Part shown: positions 1-12,081 of the stretch, in pieces
How positions within the stretch are numbered: the first letter of the stretch is position 1
How the letters are laid out: the number at the start of each line of letters is the position of its first letter
Origin: Octopus vulgaris
Lineage: Eukaryota
NCBI GenBank assembly: GCA_951406725.2
Contig: OX597821.1
Span: 54,622,001 to 54,686,000 of the forward strand
Direction of reading: 5' to 3'
Length of the DNA: 64,000 nt
Notes under the pieces: generated by a model
What the model was told of the DNA's origin: nothing
Databases searched by the model: none
Seen by the model: only the letters and a program-made list of their open reading frames with translations
Made by a program: the position numbers and the translations under genes

Positions 1-132
1 GGCATTCGGAAGGGCATCCAGCCATAGAAACCAAGCCACATCAGACTGAGGTCTGATGCAGACCCTCAGCTTACCAGCCCTGGTCAAACTGTCCAACCCA
101 TGACAGCAGGGACGACGGACGTTAAATGATGA
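1..132 (+). mobile_element. 3' tail fragment of the RTE-type LINE family
   Basis: gaagggcatccagc...aaactgtccaacccatg...ggacgttaaatgatga matches the reverse complement of the 3' UTR of the RTE copy at 13537-13700. Confidence 0.75.
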
Positions 133-1425
133 GAGAGAGAGAAAGAGATGAGAAGGGATATTCTATAGGTTCTTCATCATAATCTGTAACTCTATGAGTA
201 TTAAAAATGCTTAAGTCATATGATGTGGCTGCTTCCACCTGTTTACATCTATGTGAACTGAGACAGCAAGTCTTCAATATTTTGCCCATAAACATTCAGT
301 AGTATGATGATATAATGTGAATTACCAAAGTTTTCCTTAACAGATAGTTGCATTTAGCATCACAGTCTCTGTGCTTTATAAGCAACACAGGGAAGGTATT
401 CTCTTTTTGAATTTAAAATGCTCATGTTAACACAGTTTAGCTGATAATTACTGTCCAGCTACAGTACTTATCATTGTTATTATTCTTTTTATTCCAGTGT
501 ATATGGGAACATATCTTCCAGGCAGTATAACTGATATTGCTGTATGATTAAAAATCATGCTTTGCAAAAATAAAAGATGGGGAAAGAGTTAAGAAAGAGA
601 AATTTACAAACTGTGAAGATAGCAAATAATGAGGACAAACAGTAATGATTCCTTGTGTGTACAAGGAATCATGACCGCTTTTAAATTAGGGGCTAAATTA
701 TTCATAGGAAAAGGTGGTATTGTGTTGTTTCACTTTTTGGAAACATAAAGTGTTTGCATTTTGGTGGCATTATATTTAACCAAGTGTTTGGACTTTGATT
801 GGAAGGAGCCTTTGGATTTATTATGACCTCATATATTTAGCAATATCTGGTGTTTGAGAAATAACTACATAATACCGAGTGACAGTAAGGAAGGTAAAAG
901 CAATCTGTGGAGATTTACAAGGAAAATAATCTGTGGCATATTATAATCCATGCTAAAGGCCATGTATCACATGCATGGATGAAATTGATGGTAAGTATTA
1001 GAGTTACTCTAAACCACATAAATATGTAAATATATACATACATACATATATATATATATATGTGTGTGTATATGTGTGCACATGCATGTGTATGTATCCA
1101 CATGGGTGTGTGCATGCATGTGTGTTGCAACAAAGGATAGTGACAGAATTTAGAATTTTCTTCATGTATTCCAGGCCTTCCCACACATACACATATACAC
1201 AATGCACATTCGTACAAATGTGCATATGTACATACATCTACATATCAACATACATGCATGTAAAAAATTCACTAATTGCTGATGAAGAGCTCTTATGAAC
1301 TCGTGATGAACGACAAGCTCAAAAACAAACAAACACACACACACTCATGCATCTACACATACACATACATACACACAAAGAAATTCAAATATATAAACAA
1401 AGAGTATTCAATACAGAGTAGTGAT

Positions 1426-1471
<46 letters not shown>

Positions 1472-1523
1472 ATAAAGTACTTGTATAGGCTACAAAAACA
1501 TCATTATTTACATATTCATGTGT

Positions 1524-1560
<37 letters not shown>

Positions 1561-1655
1561 TGTGAAATGAGGAGCATAGTTCGATTTGTTTTGCTCCGCC
1601 TCTGTTCTGTTTTGTTTTTCCAACGGATTTCTATTTTCTTCCTGAAGAGAAAGAC

Positions 1656-1690
<35 letters not shown>

Positions 1691-1697
1691 AATGCTA

Positions 1698-1738
<41 letters not shown>

Positions 1739-1974
1739 AGCTTCAAAACACTGACTATTGATAATCCAGATATACCACCTTATCATCAGCTGCTCCTCAA
1801 CATTGGCTGCCCCACAACCAGAAACAAGGTTTCTAACCACCAATGCCTATGCAAACAGCATACTGATTCCACAGCCTTATGCCTCACCTTTAACCTATAC
1901 ATTCACCCCCATAAACGTGGTCTGTGTACCTAAACACATACATGTGCATCTATGTTCACACACACCTATATAGT

Positions 1975-2012
<38 letters not shown>

Positions 2013-2673
2013 GCACATACACACATATTTATGTAGGTAGATTCCTTCCCCTATTCCTTTCCCCCCACATCACTAAATCTTAGTCCAATACTCATTCCTC
2101 ACCAGCAACGCTGTTGCAACTATACTAGCATTCATTTGTCACACCCACATACATAAATACCAAAAGCATTTATATATGTGTGCATGTGTGTGTGTGTGAG
2201 TGTGTATACACACTCACACACACACATTTACATACACACCAGACATAAAAAACACATGCATGTATATATGTTCTTCCAGACAAACAGACACATGCCCATA
2301 CTCTCAGGCACATAAGCAAGAATGTGCATACTTACACATGTACACACACACATACACACACACATGCGAACACACACATCTATGCATGTATAATTCCCCT
2401 CTCTTCCCTCCTCCATCTATGCCACCAAATCTCACTACTGCCCGCCCCCCCCCCCCCTACCCAGCAGTGCAGTTGCAACTACACTAGCATACATACATCA
2501 CACTTGCACACATGAACACAAAAAGCATGACCGATGAAAATACACACATTCTCATCTGTTCTTCCAGTCAAACAGGCACACACTCTTATGTATACAGTTC
2601 TATATTTAAGAGATGAGGAATTATGTACATTATTTACATTTGACAGATATTTGTCCTCATTTAATTTGTTGTT

Positions 2674-2720
2674 AACACAACGTTTCGGCTGATATACCCT
2701 CCAGCCTTCAACAGATGTCT
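2674..2720 (-). ncRNA. Minimal type I hammerhead ribozyme motif (PLE-type)
   Basis: Minus strand agacat-CTGTTGA-A-GGCTG-gagggtatat-CAGCC-GAAACGTT-gtgtt. Stem I, stem II and palindromic ACGT in place of stem III are present. Core A6 is changed to U in this copy. Confidence 0.7.
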
Positions 2721-2997
2721 GGGGAAATTTCAAACCTGGGTTCTCAATCCTGAGGTATTTTTTGATGTTATTGTTGTTGTTATTATTATTAGTACTATTA
2801 TTATCATTATCATTATTATTATTAAGGTCACTGCCTGGAATCAAACTCGGAACCTTGGGGTTAGTAGCCAGTGCTCTTAACCACTACACCATATGCACAT
2901 GAGCATTTGGTGTAGTGGTTAAAAGTGCTGGCTACTAACCCCAAAATTCTGAGTTCAATTCCAGGCAGTGACCTTAATAATGATAACAATGATAATG

Positions 2998-3080
<83 letters not shown>

Positions 3081-3164
3081 AAGAAGAAGAAGAAGAAGAA
3101 GAAGAATAACAGCAACATCGAAAAATACCTTAGGGATGAGAACCCAGGTTCAAAATTTCCCCAA

Positions 3165-3208
3165 CTCATCTGATGAAGGATGGAGGGTGTATCAGCTGAA
3201 ACATGTTA
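3165..3208 (+). ncRNA. Minimal hammerhead motif, degenerate copy
   Basis: cat-CTGATGA-A-GGATG-gagggtgtat-CAGCT-GAAACA-tgtt, homologous to 2674-2720. Confidence 0.6.
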
Positions 3209-3649
3209 ACAACAAACAAGATGAGGACAAATATTCATCAAATGTAAATAATGTAAATAATATTCATATGTATATACACAAATGCATCAACCAATAACTC
3301 CCCATATCCATACAGTTATACATTTCGTATACGCACACTCCTACATACACATTCGCTGCCCCAGTTTCGGTCAGCTCCCGGACACCAAGATGCTATCAGT
3401 TTCCTATCCAGCCACACGATCCTGGAAATTCTCCTTCCTACCAAACCTGATGTTGCTGAATCGCTAATCTTACCCCTAACAACACCATATAATGCATCTT
3501 GACCAATAGCAGCCCATTTTCAATAAGTCATCTTCGATTTCCTGTGTTTCTCTATTCAGCCCAAATGAGAGAGGTTTCTTTTACAAGTCCACAAACCTTT
3601 AGTCACATTGAGCCTAGTCAAGTTGCTTTAAATAATAATAATAATATTG

Positions 3650-3775
3650 ATTTAAAATTTTGGCACAAGGCCAGCAGTTTTGGGTGAGGAGTAAGTCTAT
3701 TACATCTACCCCAGAACTCAAATGGTACTTATTTTGTCAACCCAAAAGGATGAAAGGCAATGTTGATCTCAGTAG
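3650..3775 (-). mobile_element. SINE fragment (Meta/MESC-like central domain family)
   Basis: tggtacttattttgtcaacccaaaaggatgaaaggcaa is the reverse complement of the ctttgcctttcatcc...aataagtacca domain seen at 24790-24830. Confidence 0.6.
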
Positions 3776-4253
3776 CCATGTGTTGAGAGTAATTCTTTGG
3801 GGTTTGAATGATTCACTTTTGAAAACATGAGTGTTTCATTCATCATCCTTAAACCCTCATTCAGGGACCTTTTAAGTGAGATTAGTTACTCAACCTGAAG
3901 AAAATTCTAACTGGGTCCCACCTGGAAGGTCATGTGCTGTTTATCTTGATACAAAGTCACCATGTTGCACACATATGGTTGTGATGCATGTGCTTGGTGT
4001 ACCCTTATCAGACAGGTAGACATGATGGGTATATGGGGGCTTCGTATATTGGTACCCCAGTGTCAACTACATGGCATGCAGAGCTCTCTCACTCAAAAAT
4101 AATAATGCACTTATATATACACACGCACATATACATATACATAATTAACTATATATTTTTTTCTTATTTCTGGTTAAGTTAGAGCCATTGTAAAAATTTG
4201 ATTGCAGTCAAAGCATTTTTGCTTGCTCTTTTCACATACATGCATGCACATAG

Positions 4254-4290
<37 letters not shown>

Positions 4291-4764
4291 CATGCATTCA
4301 TTCATTCTTTCATATACACATATTTGGTGATTTAGTGAAAATAGCATGCAAAATGTAAAGATATATAAATGAACATTAATTTATCTTTTGGAAACATTTT
4401 TAAATAAATAAATTATTTTCATTTTGTTTTATTACACTTTATTTCCATCTTAAACCACTGAATCAGAAATAGAAAATTAAAAGTGAGAAACGTTTTATAG
4501 AATGAGAAATTTTCAATAAAAATAGTCATTAATCCTAAATATCATGATTAGTAAAAGAGATTCTTAGTTAGGTAATCTATCAGTTTTTTGACAGAGCAAG
4601 GTCTTCTGTGGTGGAGATTTCTTTGCTAATCTCATTAACAAATGAATTTCTTGGCCTCTAGCCTTTCTAGCAATCATTTGTTACTTTGTACTAAAATATT
4701 TTCTAGATATAAAAAGTCCTCGTTAAAACATCGATTTTAGATAAAAATAAAATGTTAGACTTAC

Positions 4765-4840
4765 CTGTTGGCATAATACATCTTTTTCTAACCTTTGCAC
4801 TAAATATAATTTCACGAAAAGCAATTTATGAAGCACTTAC
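4765..4840 (-). other. Candidate 76-nt exon beginning with a reconstituted 5' splice site (recursive-splice-type exon or 5' UTR/start exon)
   Basis: Minus strand tttgtttttgtcttttgcag|GTAAGT...CAACAG|gtaagt. Stops occur in all three frames from the exon start; two ATGs lie near the 3' end. Confidence 0.55.
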
Positions 4841-6332
4841 CTGCAAAAGACAAAAACAAACATATTTTGAGTTATATTATTCTTATATTATTTACTAAAT
4901 CATTCATTTATACACACAGTTCCCTCTATTTCTACTTGTGAAATCCTTTCAATAAATTCTTCATTTCTCTTATTACCATTAAAAACTAATTTACTAAGGC
5001 ATCACACATGAGTTCATTACTGGTGTAATGACACTTAATTTTGTATAATTTAGTTTATTTCCCACCATCACCATTAATATCATCATCATCGTTGTTGTTC
5101 TTATTTTATGCTTATTTTTCCCCATTACCTCAATAGGTTGGGCAAGTCTTGCCTCATTTTACCAGTTATGAAAGTCCTTCATTATCTGATGAAGTCTTCC
5201 GGTACAGGTGGTGGGGTGGGAAGGTTGGGCACACTGCGAAATAGCAAAAACTCAGGCTGCTGGTGTGAGAGAATATTGATGATAATAATGAGATAGAATT
5301 GGGCATTTGAAATTCTTAACTAGATCTATAACCAAGAGTTTATCGGTTGGCCAAACTGTGACAAAATTAGATAAATGAATGAACAAGTGACAATAATAAA
5401 TGAGCATGAAAGAGAGGGAGAAAGAGGGGAAGTTGGATCGAGTGAAGGGATCTTAATTTTTTTTTTACCTTTATTACTATTGTTTAGATTTCAGCTAATA
5501 CAATGTGAATTAGAGTGTACTCTAGAATTCAGTAACTTACCGAAATTATGTAATTCCTTTCCCATAGTGGTGGAAGTAGGCATGCTTAACCCCAAAGCTT
5601 CATGCTTAATCTTAATGTCTCTCCAAATTTTTTCACTATCTAGAATAGGCAGGCTATAAAGTAATTGTTTTACTGCATTATACTCACTTCCTTCAACTCT
5701 TATTCTCAGTTTTCAACCTATATTAGATTTTGTACCATTAATTTGTCTAGTTTTACTGAGACTTTAGTATATGTCTGATGGTATCAGTGTTCTGGCAGAA
5801 AATTCCTTCGAAGTATTTCAAAGATCTTTGATAGATATTTTTTTCCCTATTATGGAAAGGTGGATAACAACAGGTAATATTTGCTTTTTGTATTTCTTTT
5901 CTTACTTATCATTATTTTCTTAGCTGGAGATCAGGGCATACCATCGAGATACAAGAAGGTAGATAAAGAGAGATCAAGGAGAGAAAATTAAGAATGGCTA
6001 CGTGGGGTGGTAGGTTTGCAAGAGTGTGAAAGGGGAGTGACAGACCGTAGATATAAGAACAGAAGTGAATGCAGTGAATGTTGAACATGGATGGAGGCAT
6101 GAACAATGGGAAATCTCAGTTTGGAGGAATGTAAGGAAAATAGGAGTGGGTCATGGAAGAGAGGTGGCATGTCATAATACATAAAAAAAATACACCACAC
6201 ACATATATGTGTGCAGTGTGTGTGTGTGAGCATATGCATACATATATACAAATATGTGTGTATATATTTATTTGTATATACATGTACACACATACATCCT
6301 GTTTTATATATACATATGTATATATATATATA

Positions 6333-6375
<43 letters not shown>

Positions 6376-8305
6376 TTATTGCACAACTTGTAACATGTAC
6401 ATGTGTGCATGCATATATGTGAGTGTGTGTAACAAGCTGTGTGATAAGGCAGCAGTGCATGTTTAACTCGCTTTAAGTCACTCAGCTTATTTATCCTCAA
6501 AATATTCTGCTAGATTCAAGCATGAACCTCTGATCACAGTTATTTGTCATCATCAAAGAACATCACATCCCAGTTGATGATGTGTGTTTATAATACACAT
6601 GGATTCATTGATGCAAGGGGCTTTGAGACACCACAGTGTTTTGACCCTACTGCGTGTCTCCTCAGTCAAAGCTACCTTACTGAACCAATGAATCTAAAAA
6701 GAGCACTGGCTCTTGTTTATAAGTATCAGCAAACAAACTATTTGCTGATGTTGGCTGATGTCTACCAAACAGATAATATTATATGAGGTGTATGCAGAAG
6801 AACAGAAACCCTCACAACAACACATCCATTCATCCTTAATAAATTTTGTGAGATATCAAGAATGAATATTTGATCTTTTTTGTTTTTTGTCATCAGAGAA
6901 TATATCTCCTCCCTTCAGAAGTTTTGTAATATTCTCTATAAAAATCTACAGTTCACAAAGTTCAGTGAATTTGGACAACTCAGCAACTTTTATTCAGTAT
7001 AGATTGATTTCAAGGATCTATACTCTTATCCCCATAACTCATCTTTCCACCCCACTTTATTTATATTGTTTCCATATAATCCTTTTAACGTCTTTGTATT
7101 TTCTGTTATTCAGTCACAACATAACAGAGATGATCAGGCTTTATATAAGAAACATCACTATGCTGTTAGGAAGAGAGCTCAGAAAACTTCAGACATTGAT
7201 ACATATATATATATATAAATATATCTTATACATTATGTGTGTGTATATATGTATGTATGCATGTATATATGTATGGATGGATGGATGTAATGTAAGTTAT
7301 GTGTCTGTGAACATATGTGATTATGTATTGGTATTAAGTCATTCAGACTAGCAGTTAATTTTAGTGCTGTTTACTGATGGAAACTGTGAAGGTATTGACT
7401 GGAAATTGAATACATACAACAATGATGAGGATCTTAATCACAATCTCTAGGAAGCAGAAGTGTGAAGCAAGGAATAGTAGATGAATACTTGAGACTGTGG
7501 TGGAAAAACTTCAGACTAACAGTGCATGCCAAGAAATTTAAGTACAAAGATTAAAGCTAATAAGATAAGATAAGAAATAAATAGACAGATAAAGAGTAAA
7601 ATAAAATGAGGAAATACAAATATAAAATAAAAATTATATAAATGATGAATATAAAAAAAGATCAAATAACAAAAGAGAGAAAATTGATATAGAAGTAAGT
7701 AAATATTAGAAAATAAAAAGACATTACATAAACCAATGAATAATAAAATCTGTTATATTTTGGAAAAAGAAATGTTAAGTGAATTAGAAGAAATGTGGTT
7801 GTTTGTTTTGAAAGAGTTAATGAAGTGTGTATAAGTTATAAAGCTATTGTTGTATATCACCTAGAGTCAGCATAGCCTTCACTGTAATAACTAAAACAAG
7901 TTAAAGAACACTCCAGAGATTAGTACTCAGAATGTTGTTATTTAGTAAAATAATTGAATTTGAATTTTCCGTTCAAATATCATAGTTTAATACTTCCTTC
8001 AGGTCCCCATTGGTTCACTTTATTATAAGTAAATTATTCATACATATAACATATCTCTCTCTGTATGTGTGTGTATGTGTAGATGACTATATATGTGTGT
8101 GTGTATATATATATATTACTGATATTAACGGCGGTGCATCAGCATGGCCGCAGCTCTGAGCTGAAACTAGAGAAAAAATATATATATATATATAAAGGGC
8201 AAGACAACAAAAGAATGAAAGAGACCTCGATATTATGTAAATAAAGGAATTTATCTATAAATATTATATGCGACAATTATTCGGCCTTGTCTTGTATGCA
8301 TATAT

Positions 8306-8360
<55 letters not shown>

Positions 8361-8362
<2 letters not shown>

Positions 8363-8777
8363 TAAATCCACCCAAAAAACAAAGAACAAACACAAGAAAA
8401 AACAACAACGTGTGGATGTAGTACATGCACAGTATCAGCAGATGCTCAGGGAAGGAAAGAAAGGTAATTTTTAGATTTCAAGCAGAGCCCTTCATCAGAA
8501 ACAGGAGATGGAGGAAAGGCCAAGAGAAAAGGGAGACAAAGGAAGAAAATCATCAACGATTCACATGTGGCTACATATATATATATATATATAGTTGAAA
8601 TTTATAGAAAAATAAAAGACAAAGACAGGTGTATGAACAACAAGCAGTGTATTAGTTTGACGTTCAGCAAAATGAAAATGTCTTTTACATTTTGAGCCTA
8701 TGCTCTTCAACAGAAAGAAATAAGAGAGAATAAACAAGGAAAGAATGAAAAATCTTGTAGATTTCATCAGTCCAGCA

Positions 8778-8780
<3 letters not shown>
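8361..8780 (-). mobile_element. Two tandem, diverged ~215-nt hammerhead-bearing units between (TA)n tracts
   Basis: Minus strand TTT-CTGATGA-A-GGGC-tct-GCTT-GAAATCT-A-AAA (8468-8501) and TCTTT-CTGTTGA-A-GAGC-atag-GCTC-AAAATGT-A-AAAGA (8681-8718), with homologous flanks. Confidence 0.6.
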
Positions 8781-8810
<30 letters not shown>

Positions 8811-9461
8811 ACAAAATTAGAGAATGGAGAAACATACTTAAATCAATAAAACATCAACTATCCGATGATACTCAATCCATACTTTAATACACCATTACAT
8901 AGGAGTAAAGGCAATATATAAAATGAAATGAGATATACAGTAATAGTAAAAGTAAAAAGATAAAGAGATATAAGTAAAAAATTACAAATACAATATGCAA
9001 ATAAATCAAAACTGACAGCTGTTTCGGCAGTGAGGACAGTCATACCTCATTTAACCTATAAGCCATAAAGGCAGGTATAAATGAGGCATTAACAAAGATG
9101 CCCCACGGCCTCTTCAGAGAATTAAATTAAATTTGTTATAATAGTGAAAAATATTATATAATCATATACATATAAATATAAAAATATAAAAAAGTAAAAT
9201 ATAAAAACTTATACATCATAATGCTACACTTGTATAATATAATACACATTTGTACAAAAAGGAAGGTAACCAGAACAAAATAAAACAAAATATATAACAG
9301 TGTATATATAATATTAATAAGTACCGATATCATACATATTTAGCTAATAGTTTTTTTTATAAAAAAAAGGGCTAACCCATATGGAGATGAAAAATAATAA
9401 TAATTAAATCCGTGGTACAGTTCATAAAATTCTAAAGCTATAAAAGTTAATAAAAATTACT

Positions 9462-9501
<40 letters not shown>

Positions 9502-10430
9502 GTAATAATAATAAAAAATAATAATAATAATAAAAATAGATACAGTTAAGTTATCACCAAGTCCATCCTTCCAAGATCGAAATAACTATTATTATTATTA
9601 TTAATAGTAATTTTTATTAACTTTTATAGCTTTAGAATTTTATGAACTGTACCACGGATTTAATTATTATTATTTTTCATCTCCATATGGGTTAGCCCTT
9701 TTTTTATAAAAAAAACTATTAGCTAAATATGTATGATATCGGTACTTATTAATATTATATATACACTGTTATATATTTTGTTTTATTTTGTTCTGGTTAC
9801 CTTCCTTTTTGTACAAATGTGTATTATATTATACAAGTGTAGCATTATGATGTATAAGTTTTTATATTTTACTTTTTTATATTTTTATATTTATATGTAT
9901 ATGATTATATAATATTTTTCACTATTATAACAAATTTAATTTAATTCTCTGAAGAGGCCGTGGGGCATCTTTGTTAATGCCTCATTTATACCTGCCTTTA
10001 TGGCTTATAGGTTAAATGAGGTATGACTGTCCTCACTGCCGAAACAGCTGTCAGTTTTGATTTATTTGCATATTGTATTTGTAATTTTTTACTTATATCT
10101 CTTTATCTTTTTACTTTTACTATTACTGTATATCTCATTTCATTTTATATATTGCCTTTACTCCTATGTAATGGTGTATTAAAGTATGGATTGAGTATCA
10201 TCGGATAGTTGATGTTTTATTGATTTAAGTATGTTTCTCCATTCTCTAATTTTGTAGTATTAATTTACGGTAATATTATTACCCTTACCCATTTAATACA
10301 ATAGATGAACTGATTGCTTGACAATTTCTAACATCTATGTATTAATTTTGTTGGGTACCTATCTAGCAGTATATTGGATATATATTATCCCATGGTGGGT
10401 TGAATTTTCAACCCCTATCTCATTTTATAA
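8811..10430. mobile_element. Penelope-like non-coding element: ~670-bp near-perfect inverted repeat plus one-sided ~175-nt tail, inserted in (TA)n
   Basis: 8811-~9480 is the reverse complement of ~9587-10255 (identical 61-aa pseudo-ORF on both strands in the track; one 1-nt homopolymer indel noted). The right arm continues to ~10430. A fragment recurs at 30176-30270. Confidence 0.85.
9943..10060 (+). ncRNA. Hammerhead ribozyme motif with greatly extended stem II (inverse copy at ~9006-9123, minus strand)
   Basis: CTGAAGA (9949-9955), then GGCCGTGGGG...CCTCACTGCC enclosing ATGCCTCATTTA/TAAATGAGGTAT, then GAAACAGCTGTC (10041-10052) with palindromic ACAGCTGT stem III and GUC triplet. Confidence 0.7.
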
Positions 10431-10474
10431 TATATATATATACATATATTTACTGGCATATGTATGTCCCTTAT

Positions 10475-10611
10475 ACTCTACTTATTTCAGTGATTGGTTT
10501 GCAGCCCTGCTGGGCCATTACCCCTGAAGGGTTTTGTCAAAGAAATCAAACCTCAGTACTTATTTTGTGTGATACTTATTCTGTCAGTAATGAGAAACAA
10601 ACACAAAGATG

Positions 10612-10646
<35 letters not shown>

Positions 10647-10810
10647 TTGATTGGTTTCGCTCCATTTTTGTTTACCAAACCCACTCACAAGACTGTGGTC
10701 AGCCCTGACTATAGTAAAAGACACTGGATCAAGTTGCACCCCAGTAAGATTCAACCCAAGACTACATGGCTGCATGGTTGAGTTGCTTCTCAACCGCACA
10801 CCCACATCTG
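10475..10810 (-). mobile_element. Old copy of the abundant tRNA-derived SINE (family A)
   Basis: tacttatttcagtgattgg...gccctgctggg and ccaaacccactcacaagac match the reverse complement of family A. Confidence 0.65.
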
Positions 10811-10964
10811 CATCTGTATATATAACATACTTATAATAAAGTGAACCGATATATATGTTTCTCAGAACTTTCTGATCCAAAACACTAAATGTTACTATCT
10901 TTCTACTGTTACTCATGAATGGTCATACATAGACCATCATTGCTTCCTAAGGCCTCTCATACAG

Positions 10965-11245
10965 CATTATTAGGAAATATTATACAGCTTATTATTAGGA
11001 AATATTATACAGCTTCCTTTATTTTCTTAGGAAATATTATATAGCTTCCTTAAATTTTTTAAACATTATTAGGAAATATTATACAGCTTCCTTTATTTTA
11101 TTAGGAAATATTATATACCTTCCTTAAATTTTTTAAACATTATTAGGAAATATTATACAGCTTCCTTTATTTTATTAGGAAATATTATATACCTTCCTTA
11201 AATTTTTTAAACGTTATTAGGCAATAATATACAGCTTCCTTAAAT
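10965..11245. repeat. Minisatellite of attattaggaaatattatacagcttcct units with ~76-bp higher-order period
   Basis: About 8 directly visible tandem copies. Confidence 0.9.
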
Positions 11246-11871
11246 GAAAAGAGTCAATAAAAAACTGCATTATTATGGCTGGAATGTCTTTGATTTTATG
11301 ACTATTCTTTTGGGAATGATTTCTGGGTAAAGAACCACAACAACACATAAATCTACTGCTAGGTAATCTTGAACATTATTCCTTATAATAATAAACAAAA
11401 TGTTTTACATATTTCACTAAATCACTCCAACTCTTCTAAAATCTCTGTTATTTGAAACTTTATTGAATCAGAATGAAACTGATTTTTTTCAAGGAAAGCG
11501 CCGTAAGATTTATATATTTAAATTCCAAGATTTATAGATGTATGATTTACAATAACTGTTAGAGAACCGAATGTAAATTACATGAATTACAAGAAAAAGC
11601 AATTAGAAGATTATTACTATTCTATTCTCGTTAGATGAAGAAATTATCAAAAGTTATTGCTAATGGTAAATATTTCAGTACCATTAAGGATATCAGAAAG
11701 CAGTAATATATTTTATGTCGTTTTAGTAGTAAGTACTTTAACCCCTTACTATTTAAACTGACAATATCCATCTAATAGTTTTATGCTCAAAGTACCAAAT
11801 CTGGCCTGTTTCACAAACCCTACAATGTCATTCTGTAAATAAACAATCACTATTAAATAATGTCCGTAAAG

Positions 11872-12032
11872 GTGCAGGAGTGGCTGTGTGGTAAGTAGCT
11901 TGCTTACCAACCACATGGTTCTGGGTTCAGTCCCACAGTGCGGCACCTTGGGAAAGTATCTTCTACTATAGCTTCAGGCTGACCAAAGCCTTTTGAGTGG
12001 ATTTGGTAGATGGAAACTGAAAGAAGCCCATC

Positions 12033-12081
<49 letters not shown>

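Larger units (their letters stand above)
2595..3261. mobile_element. Head-to-head inverted dimer of a tRNA-headed, (AAT)n-containing, hammerhead-bearing Penelope-like non-autonomous element
   Basis: Arms ~2595-2897 (-) and ~2903-3261 (+) are reverse complements. Each has A box TGGTGTAGTGG, B box GAGTT(C/T)(A/G)ATTCC, an AAT/AAG microsatellite and a CTG(A/T)TGA..GAAAC motif. Imperfect TSD actcttatgtata (2582-2594) / attcatatgtata (3262-3274). Confidence 0.8.

Noticed and set aside
2903-2975. Functional tRNA gene
   Set aside because: A/B boxes are present but there is no clean acceptor stem, and it is fused to a repeat body in several copies
5185-5245. ctgatgaag...cgaaat hammerhead-like spacing
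   Set aside because: No convincing stem I, II or III
8858-10208. Identical 61-aa ORF on both strands
   Set aside because: A consequence of the inverted repeat; AT-rich low-complexity sequence overlapping the ribozyme motif
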